This document shows, one piece after another, positions 38,640 through 47,804 of a stretch of 64,000 nucleotides of DNA. A program made the position numbers and the translations under genes. The notes under the pieces were generated by a model that made no database searches, was not told where the DNA came from, and worked only from the letters and a program-made list of their open reading frames with translations. This DNA comes from Candidatus Altiarchaeales archaeon. GTDB taxonomy: Archaea; Altiarchaeota; Altiarchaeia; IMC4; SCGC-AAA252-I15. The DNA is taken from positions 472,762-536,761 of the forward strand of contig WJMO01000006.1 in the NCBI GenBank assembly GCA_014727915.1. The letters are read 5' to 3'. Each line of letters opens with the position of its first letter. Within the stretch, counting starts at the first letter, position 1.

Positions 38640-39060
38640 AAACAACATCCAATACTAACAGGAGGACAACACACAACCACCACTAACCACCCAATAAACC
38701 ACTAACACTAACTGATATTACCACTAACATCTAAAAAATAGCACCACTACTAACCACTTACTACTACCCAACTATTACTACCACTTACTACTACCTATTC
38801 CTTACTACCGCCACTACTACTACACACCACTAACTTTCACTACTATCTACCCCCAACTACTAGCCATCACTATCTATCACTACTATCTATTATTATTATT
38901 ATCTATTACTACTATCTATCTGTCAATAGCTACCACTACTACCTATCATTATCTGCCACTTACTACTATCTGCCACCAACCACCACTTACTAACAACTAA
39001 GACCACCCGCAACTGTCACTAACACCACCACAAGATAGCGGACAACAAACGTCATCCGCG
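38640..39060. repeat. About 420-bp G-free (plus-strand) low-complexity tract built from degenerate ACT/CCA/CTAT repeats
   Basis: The plus strand is almost exclusively C/A/T across 38640-39040 (ccactact, ctatct, tattatt repeats). It lies between convergent 3' ends. No ORFs are possible in it, since TAA/CTA/TCA/TTA are frequent. Confidence 0.8.
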
Positions 39061-40215
39061 TCATCCGACAAAGGGGCTCATCCACCTTAACCTTTCCACC
39101 ACTTCACCAACAGACACGATTACATAGTCTATCTCCTCCCATGTGTTATCCCGGCCGAGGGTGAACCTAATGCTGCCATGGGAATCCTCCGGCCTCCGGC
39201 CTATAGCAGCCAGCACATGGCTGGGTGTCAGGCTCTTGCTGCTGCAAGCGGAACCCGTGGACACGGAAATGCCCTTCGCATCCAACCCCAACAGTATCGA
39301 CTCTCCCTCAATGTGCTTGAACGAAACGTTCACGTTATTGCACAGCCTACGATCACCACGCGGCCCGTTCAACATAGTGTCAGGCAGCTCCAACAGGGAG
39401 TCGGCTAGCTTGTTCCGCAACCTTACCATATGCTTTACGTGGCTCTTTCTCGCGAGAGAAACGGCCTTACCGTAGCCTACTACGCCCGGCACATTCTCTG
39501 TCCCGGCCCGCAGATGATACTCATGGCCGCCGCCGTCAATTTGCCGCCTCAAAGAACCCTTCAGGTCCTCCCGCACATAAAGAGCGCCCACACCCTTGGG
39601 CCCGTGTATCTTATGGGCTGAGAACGAAGCAAGGCCCAACCCCTGCTTGACCACGTCAACTTCTGTCTTAGTGTGGGATTGCACCGCGTCACTGTGAAAA
39701 ACGACATCCTGATCGCCGCATACCTCCCCCAACGCCCGCAGGTCCTGTATGGTGCCTATCTCGTTGTTCCCGTGTATTATGGACACGAGGATAGTGTCGT
39801 CCTTTATGGATTCGGATAGCACATTTGGGTCTGTAAAACCTTCCTCGTCAACGGGGAGATACGTTACATTGAAACCCTCCCTCTCCAGCCCTCTGCAGGT
39901 CTCCAAAACCGCAGGATGCTCTATCCCCGTCGTTATGATGTGTCTTCCACTGTCCCTCAGCCCGTATGCGACCCCCTTGACCGCGAGATTGTCCGATTCG
40001 CTCCCGCCCGAGGTGAATACTATCTCCTCCGCCTTCGCGTTTATGGAATCCGCGAGCGTCTTCCTGCTTTCCGCCAGTGCGTTCGCGGCCTCCGCCCCCC
40101 CGCTATGCAGGCTAGAAGCGTTCGCATAGTATTCCGTGAAATAAGGCCTCATAGCGTCCAAAACCCGGCGGTCCACTGGCGTGCTCGCCCCATGGTCCAA
40201 GTAGACGTCCATCAC
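39061..40215 (-). CDS. Cysteine desulfurase (NifS/IscS)
   Basis: 384 aa. Class V aminotransferase motifs, with a PLP-Lys context (SAHKIHGPKG) and an active-site Cys region (SSGSACSS). Confidence 0.8.
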   Translation of the reverse strand: MMDVYLDHGASTPVDRRVLDAMRPYFTEYYANASSLHSGGAEAANALAESRKTLADSINAKAEEIVFTSGGSESDNLAVKGVAYGLRDSGRHIITTGIEHPAVLETCRGLEREGFNVTYLPVDEEGFTDPNVLSESIKDDTILVSIIHGNNEIGTIQDLRALGEVCGDQDVVFHSDAVQSHTKTEVDVVKQGLGLASFSAHKIHGPKGVGALYVREDLKGSLRRQIDGGGHEYHLRAGTENVPGVVGYGKAVSLARKSHVKHMVRLRNKLADSLLELPDTMLNGPRGDRRLCNNVNVSFKHIEGESILLGLDAKGISVSTGSACSSKSLTPSHVLAAIGRRPEDSHGSIRFTLGRDNTWEEIDYVIVSVGEVVERLRWMSPFVG

Positions 40216-40270
40216 AGCTTTTTTATATTATCGTGTATTTATTTAAACTAGTTTCGACGAGGTAGCTAAG

Positions 40271-40474
40271 ATGCCGACAGAAATCGATGCGGAGAAGTGT
40301 ATTGGGTGCGGAGCGTGCGTAAGCGTGTGCCCTGCAAACCCAAACGTGTATGAGATGCAGGACACCGACAAGGGCAAGAAGTCAGTCGTGAAGAACAAGG
40401 ACGCATGCATAGAATGCGGCGCCTGCGTGACATCATGTCCTGTGCAGGCCATTAAGATGGTGCCGAAAGCATAA
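40271..40474 (+). CDS. 2x[4Fe-4S] ferredoxin
   Basis: 67 aa with two CxxCxxCxxxCP motifs (CIGCGACVSVCP, CIECGACVTSCP). Confidence 0.75.
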   Translation: MPTEIDAEKCIGCGACVSVCPANPNVYEMQDTDKGKKSVVKNKDACIECGACVTSCPVQAIKMVPKA

Positions 40475-40559
40475 CTTCGGCACACATCACATCTTTCTTG
40501 CCTTTACTGGCGTAATATTTTGAGCCCTGGTTCGCCATTCCACTACCCGCTCATATCCC

Positions 40560-41202
40560 CCGAATCTCATTTCAAACCGTGCCTTCTGCTTTCCACGAAT
40601 TCCAAGGCCCTCTCCTCGTCCTTGACGAACATGACATTAGGCCCCTGACGGTGTTTCCCATGGTAGGACGGTCTTCCGATAACAATCGCCTCCTTGTCAG
40701 GCAGTAAACCGACCCCCTATCAGCCCCCAGTTCTTTCCCTCTCCGTCATCGGTGTTCCTCAAGTCAGCGACAAACACCTTCTGCGGGCTCGCGTTCACAA
40801 GCTCGGTAGCAAACAATGAACCAGCCAACTCCAGGCCTCGCGTGTCACCCCGGGCATCTGAGGTCTTATCCTGTTCTCCGGTGGCGAGAATGAGTATATG
40901 AACTCCTGCACACCCCTGTTGTCCGTAACCATTCCAAGGTTGGTGATGGTCCTCCTGCAGGTGTTCCGCACCAGGTCGACCTTGCCCGGGTCTGAGACGC
41001 ACTTGCAGACCTCACGTTGCGTTGCCGGCGCGTTGAATATCCCTATGATTGTCTCAGAATCCACACACCCCATCCCGCCCTGGCCCGGTCCCATGAGGTC
41101 CTGGTTCAGAGAGATGTCATTGCTGTGCCTCTCCCTCGGAGCTACCATAGACTCATATACGCAAACAGACAAAATAAAGGAGACAACACCAAAACAATTC
41201 AT
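40560..41202 (-). pseudogene. Probable frameshifted or degraded gene (two overlapping minus-strand frames plus a 3' fragment in a third frame)
   Basis: The ORFs 40795-41202 and 40697-41002 overlap in different frames. The downstream stretch 40560-40700 reads LPDKEAIVIGRPSYHGKHRQGPNVMFVKDEERALEFVESRRHGLK in yet another frame. No intact ORF longer than 135 aa. Confidence 0.3.
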
Positions 41203-41382
41203 AAATAATATTATAAATAATTATGGATAATTTATCAATAATTTATAATTTATCATAAATAATATGTGGTACCTAACCTGTCTTGTTCACCCGGGCCAAA
41301 AAGCATGTAGTGCCTAACTGATGGTAGGTAACCCTCAAAAAAACCAAAAGAAACCGCGGCATATCAAGCCACCCACAGAAAC

Positions 41383-42387
41383 CTACTCCTCCCCAGAGCC
41401 TTCCCCTACCTCTTCAGGGGATTTCTTCTTTCCCTTCTTACCGCCCTCCCCGAGCATTCCTGGTATCCCCCCCTCTCCTTTGAGCATCTCCCCCAAAGCG
41501 GCCGCTCCGCTCAACACCCCACTCGTCTCCACGGGCATGAATATCTTGGTGGCCTTCCCGTCCGCCATCTTCTCCAAAGCCTCCAGATACTTTATCATGA
41601 GTATGTCCTTCGTAGCCCGGCCCTTGTGTATAGCGTCGAACACCTTGCTTATGGCCCTGGCCTCCCCCTCGCTTATCAGGACCTTCTTCTTCTTCTCCGC
41701 GTCAGCGACGGTAGCGATGGCAGTGGCTTCCCCCTCTGCTGCGAGTATCTCCGAGAACTTCTTACCCTCCGCCTTCAATATCTCGCTCTCCTTTATGCCC
41801 TCCGCCTCCAATATGGCCGCCCTCTTGGTGCGCTCAGCCTTCATCTGCCTGCTCATCGCGTCCACGATATCCCTGGGCGGCTCGATGTCCTGTATCTCAA
41901 CTCGGGTGACCCGGACACCCCACCGGTCCGTGATCTCATCCAAGGTCTTCCTCAATTCGGTGTTTATCTTCTCCCTGCTGGCCAAGGTCGAATCCAGGTT
42001 GAGGTCGCCGATGATGTTCCTCAGGTTTGTCTGGGCCAATTTGCTGATGGCATCCTCGAACATGGCCACATTATACATGACCCTGAACGGGTCCGTGACC
42101 TTGAAGTAGATGACAGCGTCCACGGAGATGTTGACGTTGTCCTTGGTGATCACATCCTGCGATGGCACGTCTATCAGCGCTTCCCGCATGTCCACCCTGT
42201 ACACGACCTCAATGAAAGGGAGTATGATGCTCAAACCAGCCCCTAACGTGCGGTTATATCTGCCGAAACGCTCCACAACACCCCGCTCGAACGGCCGGAT
42301 TATGACGATGGACTTGATGGAGAAAACCACCATTACAGCAGCCACCAACATGAAAAAAACCGTTTCAGGGTCCAAAGGCGCAGCCAT
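41383..42387 (-). CDS. SPFH/band-7 (stomatin/prohibitin-like) protein with a Gly/Lys/Glu-rich C-tail
   Basis: N-terminal TM and a band-7 core (IVIIRPFERGVVERFGRY..., RDIVDAM..QMKAER). Confidence 0.8.
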   Translation of the reverse strand: MAAPLDPETVFFMLVAAVMVVFSIKSIVIIRPFERGVVERFGRYNRTLGAGLSIILPFIEVVYRVDMREALIDVPSQDVITKDNVNISVDAVIYFKVTDPFRVMYNVAMFEDAISKLAQTNLRNIIGDLNLDSTLASREKINTELRKTLDEITDRWGVRVTRVEIQDIEPPRDIVDAMSRQMKAERTKRAAILEAEGIKESEILKAEGKKFSEILAAEGEATAIATVADAEKKKKVLISEGEARAISKVFDAIHKGRATKDILMIKYLEALEKMADGKATKIFMPVETSGVLSGAAALGEMLKGEGGIPGMLGEGGKKGKKKSPEEVGEGSGEE

Positions 42388-42587
42388 ATAAGTAAAACTA
42401 TGTATCCTCCTCTATAAAATCAAAAAACTGACGGCCCTAAAACCCCCTGGAATACAACCCCCAAACCTACCATCTCCCAAGCACCTCCCCATAACTGCAG
42501 AAAACCCACAATACCCGAACTGACCCCCCTCCCCCCGTCTTCTAACAGCATTTTTAAGCCCCGCATCATATTAATACCTAAACCTCC

Positions 42588-42857
42588 GTGGTTACGATGA
42601 GTAAGCGACTTTCAGAATTATATGGGATGGACATCTACACCACCAAAGCCCAGTACATAGGCGAGGTGAAGGATGTCATTTTGAACCTTGACAAGGGAGA
42701 GGTCATGCAACTGTGTTTGTCGTCCCTCAGGGGCGGTGAAGTGATGGGCGAAGACGTTAGGCGGATCATCCAGGAGGAGAGCATCAGCTATGATGAAGTC
42801 GCTGAAGTGGGCGACATAGTCCTAGTGCAAAAGGCGCCGCCTGTCCAAAAAAAATAA
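42588..42857 (+). CDS. PRC-barrel domain protein
   Basis: 89 aa. LSELYGMDIYTTKAQYIGEVKDVILNLDKGEV matches the PRC-barrel pattern. Confidence 0.45.
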   Translation: MVTMSKRLSELYGMDIYTTKAQYIGEVKDVILNLDKGEVMQLCLSSLRGGEVMGEDVRRIIQEESISYDEVAEVGDIVLVQKAPPVQKK

Positions 42858-42875
42858 CAGGATCCTCCCTAAACA

Positions 42876-43721
42876 ATGGACGATAGGGTTTTGACTTCTG
42901 TGCTTGAGAGATTCCTACGCGAGGATGTGGGCTCCGGGGACGTTACATCGGATTTCACACCCAACCAGGAAGTGGATGCAATTATCAAGTCCCACAACTC
43001 AGGATACGTTTCCGGCATACGCGAGCTTGAGCTTCTATTCAGAAATCATGGTGTGAATGTGAGGTCACACGTCCGCGATGGCGGGCGCATACGGAGGCGC
43101 CAGAAGATAATGACACTCAAAGGCAGGTCGAGGGACATACTGACCACCGAGCGCACGGCCTTGAACGTACTCTCGCGGATGAGCGGCGTTACGACATTGA
43201 CCCGCCAGTACGTAGAATCGTTGAAGAAGTCAGGCTCCAAGGCAAAGGTCGTCGCAACCAGGAAGACAACCCCCGGAATGCGGTACTTCGAAAAGACCGC
43301 GGTCGTGTTGGGGGGCGGCCTGCCCCATCGGATGGGCTTGTACGACATGATACTGATAAAGGACAACCACCTAAGGCTCTTCGGCAACGATGTCAAAGCC
43401 GCGCTTGCAGCGGCTCGCAAATCCAGGGGAAAGGCCAAAGTAGAGGTTGAAGTCTCGTCGCTCAGGGATGCTGTCACTGCCGCCGAGAACGGCGCGGACA
43501 TCATAATGCTGGATAACATGACCCCCAGGAACATAAGGAAGGTAGTGGCCCGCCTTAAAAAAAATGGCCTGCGTGGCAAGGTGGTGATTGAGGCATCCGG
43601 CGGCGTTAGCCTACGGAACATAAGGCACTACGGCCGGGCGGGGGTGGACTGGATATCGGTCGGTAGGCTGACTCACTCAGTACCTTCCATAGACTTCAGC
43701 CTTGACGTGCTAAGGTTATAA
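42876..43721 (+). CDS. nadC: Nicotinate-nucleotide pyrophosphorylase (carboxylating)
   Basis: 281 aa. QPRTase motifs (TRKTTPGMR, MLDNM, IEASGGV). Confidence 0.8.
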   Translation: MDDRVLTSVLERFLREDVGSGDVTSDFTPNQEVDAIIKSHNSGYVSGIRELELLFRNHGVNVRSHVRDGGRIRRRQKIMTLKGRSRDILTTERTALNVLSRMSGVTTLTRQYVESLKKSGSKAKVVATRKTTPGMRYFEKTAVVLGGGLPHRMGLYDMILIKDNHLRLFGNDVKAALAAARKSRGKAKVEVEVSSLRDAVTAAENGADIIMLDNMTPRNIRKVVARLKKNGLRGKVVIEASGGVSLRNIRHYGRAGVDWISVGRLTHSVPSIDFSLDVLRL

Positions 43722-43827
43722 CCGCCACAGCACATATAATTATGATAATGAAGTGCAAACTAGACCCTAAGAGGGAATGCGACTCATCCTGCATAGCATA
43801 TGACATACAGACCGGAACCTGCAAGGC

Positions 43828-44403
43828 CTAGTCTCTGACGACCCTCCCGCACTCTGTCAGGTCGATTATCTTGGACGGCCTCCCTATCCTGCATCTTCCC
43901 CCGTCCAGCACAAGCTCAACCCCTTCGATCAATGATCTGTCTATCTCCTCGACCGAGGCGGGCGCCGGGCTGCCGCTGGGGTTCGCGCTGGTCGAAACAA
44001 TAGGTCCAGCCCTTGAGGCGATCATCCGGCATAACCTGCTCTCCGGCACTCTGACCGCGACGGTCCTCAACCCGGCAGTAACATAGTCGGGGATGCCTCT
44101 CTTCTCCAGTATGTAACTCATAGCAGACCATCCGCCCTTCAATATCTCCCCCTCCGAAACACCATCCAGAACAGTGTAGTGCCTAACTTGCTCAATGTCG
44201 GAGAAGGCGACACTCAACGGGTTCTTGAAGTCTCTGCCTTTGAGCTCATAGACTCGCCTGACAGATTCCTCGTTCAGCAGGCATCCAACACCATATACGG
44301 TGTCTGTTGGGTATATGATAACTCCTGACTTCTCCAGAGCATTGACGGCCGCGTCCACAACCTCCTCATCCGGATCTGATGGGTCTGTTCTGAGGGCCCT
44401 CAT
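43828..44403 (-). CDS. tsaC: L-threonylcarbamoyladenylate synthase (YrdC/Sua5-type, single domain)
   Basis: YPTDTVYGVG motif, SANPSG, 192 aa. Start reassigned to the ATG at 44403; the longer ORF runs into the upstream small gene. Confidence 0.7.
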   Translation of the reverse strand: MRALRTDPSDPDEEVVDAAVNALEKSGVIIYPTDTVYGVGCLLNEESVRRVYELKGRDFKNPLSVAFSDIEQVRHYTVLDGVSEGEILKGGWSAMSYILEKRGIPDYVTAGLRTVAVRVPESRLCRMIASRAGPIVSTSANPSGSPAPASVEEIDRSLIEGVELVLDGGRCRIGRPSKIIDLTECGRVVRD

Positions 44404-44405
44404 CT

Positions 44406-44564
44406 TCAAGGACCTTTGAATCCGCATTTGCTGCAGCTGTAGTTGCTTGCCAGAGACCTGCAACTCTCGCATCTGACGATCTTCTCGCCGCTGCACTGTG
44501 GGCACGAGAATTCGGCGTATTTGAACATGACCTCCTTTCCGCAGCTGCTGCATTTCTTAACCAT
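44406..44564 (-). CDS. Small 4xCxxC zinc-ribbon protein (52 aa, COG2888-like), missed by the ORF track
   Basis: Minus-strand translation is MVKKCSSCGKEVMFKYAEFSCPQCSGEKIVRCESCRSLASNYSCSKCGFKGP. Its stop lies 2 nt before the tsaC start. Confidence 0.55.
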   Translation of the reverse strand: MVKKCSSCGKEVMFKYAEFSCPQCSGEKIVRCESCRSLASNYSCSKCGFKGP

Positions 44565-44602
44565 GGTCTAATAATAAGCAAATCACCTATAAGAATAATA
44601 TA

Positions 44603-45109
44603 ATGGCTGAAATAGTGGTTGAGAAGGGCGATATCACGCTCAAGGAGGCTGGTGCCATAGTCAACCCAGCCAACTCCGGAGGGTGGATGGGCGGTGGCGT
44701 GGCGTATGCCATAAAAAAGGCAGGGGGAGACATCATAGAGGCGGAGGCTGTGGCTTCAGCCCCCATACCTGTCGGTTCCGCGGTTGAGACGTCCGCCGGC
44801 AAACTGCCATGCAAGCATGTCATACATGCTCCCACCATGGAATTGCCGGGGGAGATCATAGGCCCTGAGAACGTGAATTCAGCGACCGATGCCGCTCTGA
44901 GGAAGGCCTCCGAGCTTGGCGTGGAATCGGTTGCCTTTCCTGGCATGGGATGCGGCGTCGGGGGTTTGTCCAAGTCTGTGGCGTCCAGGGCGATGGTCGA
45001 GTCAATACTCGATTTCGGACCGGAGTTCACTGTGTATTTAATCGGTTTTGACGATGAATTAACCGAGGAGTTCAGAGGATGGTTGCGGCAGAACCAGGGG
45101 ACAGGGTAG
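44603..45109 (+). CDS. Macro-domain protein (ADP-ribose binding / O-acetyl-ADP-ribose deacetylase-like)
   Basis: GDITLKEAGAIVNPANSGGWMGGGVA and GMGCGVGGL motifs. Confidence 0.75.
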   Translation: MAEIVVEKGDITLKEAGAIVNPANSGGWMGGGVAYAIKKAGGDIIEAEAVASAPIPVGSAVETSAGKLPCKHVIHAPTMELPGEIIGPENVNSATDAALRKASELGVESVAFPGMGCGVGGLSKSVASRAMVESILDFGPEFTVYLIGFDDELTEEFRGWLRQNQGTG

Positions 45110-46377
45110 AGGTCAAAACAGGCGTCAAAACATATGTCGGCACACTTATGCCGCGCCCCGAGATCTCCGAGGCAGGCAATGTGACGTTGAAGTTGGACAG
45201 CGGCTATAATATCGGCATACCCGAATCTGGGATAGAATCCGTAAAATTGCTGGAGAAAAGGCCTCCTAAGCAGAATGGCAAAAAGGCGAAAATAGCAACT
45301 GACGCGTCAAAGCCGACCGTTTCCATCCTGTCGACTGGTGGGACTATAGCCTCGAAGGTGGACTACCATACCGGAGGTGTCTACGCGTCCTTCACGGCGG
45401 AGGACCTCATGGAGTCCATGCCTGAGTTGACGGGGTTGGCGAATCTCCGAACTGCTTCGGTTATGAATGTGATGAGTGAGGACATGAATCCCAAACTATG
45501 GGTTGAGATGGCCAAGGCAGTTGCGAAGGAATTGAACAGGGGTTCGGATGGTGTTGTCGTCACTCACGGCACTGATACAATGCACTACTCTACCGCTGCC
45601 ATGTCATTCCTTCTCAGTGGCCTTTCTAAGCCGGTCGTCTTCACAGGTTCTCAGAGGTCCACGGACCGTGGTTCTGCGGACTCTTTCCTGAACCTGCTCT
45701 GCTCGGTTTCATATGCGGCTTCTGACGTGTCTGGGGTTTATCTTGTGATGCACGGCAGCATGTCAGACAACTATTGCATCGCCCACCAAGGGGTCAAGGT
45801 TAGGAAGATGCACACCACCCGGAGGGACGCGTTCAAGTCGGTCAACGCACAGCCTGCAGCGAGGATATCAGCAGGCGGAGGGGTGGAGTTCATATCAGCT
45901 GGCTTGCCGGGGAGGTCAGAGTCTAAGGTGAAGGCGGATTCAAAGCTTGAGGAGAGGGTCGCGCTAGTCAAAGCCTATCCTGGCATGGACCCCGATATAC
46001 TCCGATTCCACCTTGAAAAGGGCGTTAAAGGGGTTGTGATAGAGGGAACCGCGCTGGGTCATGTTCCGACTACCCTGGAAGGTACGTCCCTGATACCTGG
46101 TATAGAGGAACTAGTGGGTTCGGGGGTTCTTGTCGCGATGACAACCCAGTGCCTTTTCGGCCGGGTTAACCCCTACGTTTACAGCAACCTGCGCGAGGTT
46201 TCGTCCCGGGGTGTCATATACTGTGAGGACATGCTCCCCGAGGTCGCCTATGTGAAGATGATGTGGGTGTTGGCCAGGTCCAAGAGCCTGGACGAGGCGG
46301 GCCTGCTAATGTTGGAGAATGTGGCCGGTGAGATAACCCGGCGATCTGAGCCCTCGGAGGAATTCCTTGACTTATAA
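45079..46377 (+). CDS. gatD: Glutamyl-tRNA(Gln) amidotransferase subunit D
   Basis: Asparaginase-type motifs (ILSTGGTIAS, VVTHGTDTM) behind a GatD-specific N-domain. Archaea-specific. Confidence 0.8.
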   Translation: MVAAEPGDRVEVKTGVKTYVGTLMPRPEISEAGNVTLKLDSGYNIGIPESGIESVKLLEKRPPKQNGKKAKIATDASKPTVSILSTGGTIASKVDYHTGGVYASFTAEDLMESMPELTGLANLRTASVMNVMSEDMNPKLWVEMAKAVAKELNRGSDGVVVTHGTDTMHYSTAAMSFLLSGLSKPVVFTGSQRSTDRGSADSFLNLLCSVSYAASDVSGVYLVMHGSMSDNYCIAHQGVKVRKMHTTRRDAFKSVNAQPAARISAGGGVEFISAGLPGRSESKVKADSKLEERVALVKAYPGMDPDILRFHLEKGVKGVVIEGTALGHVPTTLEGTSLIPGIEELVGSGVLVAMTTQCLFGRVNPYVYSNLREVSSRGVIYCEDMLPEVAYVKMMWVLARSKSLDEAGLLMLENVAGEITRRSEPSEEFLDL

Positions 46378-46384
46378 TCGTGAC

Positions 46385-46546
46385 TTACTCTCTAAGCTTC
46401 TTTATGACCTCTAATAGGTCTTTAAGGTTGTCATATATGAGGAATGCGTTTCTCAGTTTCTCTGCGTCCGTCTCTCCTAGTGCTGTTGATTTTTTCAGGT
46501 TCTCATACTGTTCGTCCGTCAGCGTAACCAAAACCTTCTTAGCCAA
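46385..46546 (-). CDS. Ribbon-helix-helix (CopG-like) small DNA-binding protein, TTG start, missed by the ORF track
   Basis: Minus-strand frame gives (L/M)AKKVLVTLTDEQYENLKKSTALGETDAEKLRNAFLIYDNLKDLLEVIKKLRE: an RHH beta-strand followed by two helices. Stop at 46385-46387. Two in-frame TGA codons lie immediately upstream of the TTG. Confidence 0.4.
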   Translation of the reverse strand: MAKKVLVTLTDEQYENLKKSTALGETDAEKLRNAFLIYDNLKDLLEVIKKLRE

Positions 46547-46672
46547 AACTCATCACCAGATAATCTCAGGATATATTATATATCTCTTCAGAAATATAAA
46601 TAAGATATAAATTTGTCGGGCATGTGAGAGTTGGCTGCAGGACGTTTTCACTACCTATCCTGATGGAATGGC

Positions 46673-47803
46673 TCATCTGCTGCCAAGCAATCGCCTTGAA
46701 TTGTCGGAAAGGCTGAAAACGTACTGCAAACGCCCTAAACGCACCTCTTTGCCTTTTCTGACCACCACGGGATATGGTATGTTCGGCTTGCGTTCTACCT
46801 CTTTCTTGTTCAATCCCCTTAGCTTCCTTATGAGTGAGCCCACGCTCCGTATGTCCTTGTTTAATTGCTCGCTTATCTCTGCTATGCTGAGCGATTCGTG
46901 GTCCAACAGCATCTGTACTATCTCCTGCTGTGTTGGTGAGAGGTCCTGCATGAATCCGCCCCTTTCCACTGGGGCCTCCACAACCCTATCCTCTTCTGCC
47001 TCCATCTTCTCAACAGTCTCTGGCTTTATCCTTCCGAGTGTGCTCTCCACGAATTCCTCGTCTATCTCTTCCACATCCTCACGCGCGGACTCTTCTATCA
47101 ACCTCTGGCCGTTCTCCAGCAGCTGTCTTGGCACATGCTTGCATGACTCGCACAGACGCACAAGGCCCAGCTCGGTGAATGGCTTGATTGTCTTTCCCCC
47201 AGCCCATGCTATCCTCTGTCTTATCATCTCTACAAGGTCTTCAGTCTCGAAGGCCCTTAGGCCGATGGATTTTGACTTCCTATCCCTAAAACTCGTTTCA
47301 GCAGTTATTCTGTCTTCAAGCCCCCTTAAACCCAAAAATATCATAAATATATTGTCTGTTCTGTCGTTTAGTATCCGGAGCCATTTGAACAGATCGTTCT
47401 CGTAGTCTTGGGCTTCATCAAACACGAGCAACATCTTGTCATCGCCTAGCTTGGACTGCAGCATCTCGCCGAATCCTGTTCGGTCGGTCTTTGAAAAGAT
47501 CCTCTTAACAAATGGTAGTTCTGCCCTTACCTTCTCCATAACTTCTTCGACAGGCTCGTAGGCGTTGAAGGGCACGACATACTTTACTCCCCGCGGCTTC
47601 TTTATGGAGAGCTGGTTCATGAATGTTGTTTTTCCGTATCCTATCGGGGCGGTGACTACCATTATCCTGTCCCATCCACCGATGCACTCGCACACTTCTT
47701 CGTATTCTTCTATGCGTTCTATTATTGGTATGTCAAGCGAGGTCGATTTGATGAACGGGCTCTTTCTCCAACCGAACTTTTTATAGTATTCTTCACGTTC
47801 CAT
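46673..47803 (-). CDS. AAA+ ATPase with a C-terminal winged-helix domain (Orc1/Cdc6-like or AAA_22/ExeA-like)
   Basis: Walker A APIGYGKTT, Walker B LLVFDEAQ. C-terminal wHTH (SPTQQEIVQMLLDHESLSIAEISEQLNKDIRSVGSLIRKL). Confidence 0.5.
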   Translation of the reverse strand: MEREEYYKKFGWRKSPFIKSTSLDIPIIERIEEYEEVCECIGGWDRIMVVTAPIGYGKTTFMNQLSIKKPRGVKYVVPFNAYEPVEEVMEKVRAELPFVKRIFSKTDRTGFGEMLQSKLGDDKMLLVFDEAQDYENDLFKWLRILNDRTDNIFMIFLGLRGLEDRITAETSFRDRKSKSIGLRAFETEDLVEMIRQRIAWAGGKTIKPFTELGLVRLCESCKHVPRQLLENGQRLIEESAREDVEEIDEEFVESTLGRIKPETVEKMEAEEDRVVEAPVERGGFMQDLSPTQQEIVQMLLDHESLSIAEISEQLNKDIRSVGSLIRKLRGLNKKEVERKPNIPYPVVVRKGKEVRLGRLQYVFSLSDNSRRLLGSR

Positions 47804-47804
47804 A

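Noticed and set aside
41321-42109. 262-aa plus-strand ORF antisense to the stomatin gene (and 41626-42246)
   Set aside because: Ser/Pro/Ala/Phe-rich low complexity. The stomatin frame is unambiguous.
44366-44581. 71-aa minus-strand ORF (MLIIRPWLRN...) and the 5' extension of the 241-aa tsaC ORF
   Set aside because: Both overlap, in other frames, a small gene that encodes a clean four-CxxC zinc ribbon. The TsaC homology only begins at the internal Met (44403).
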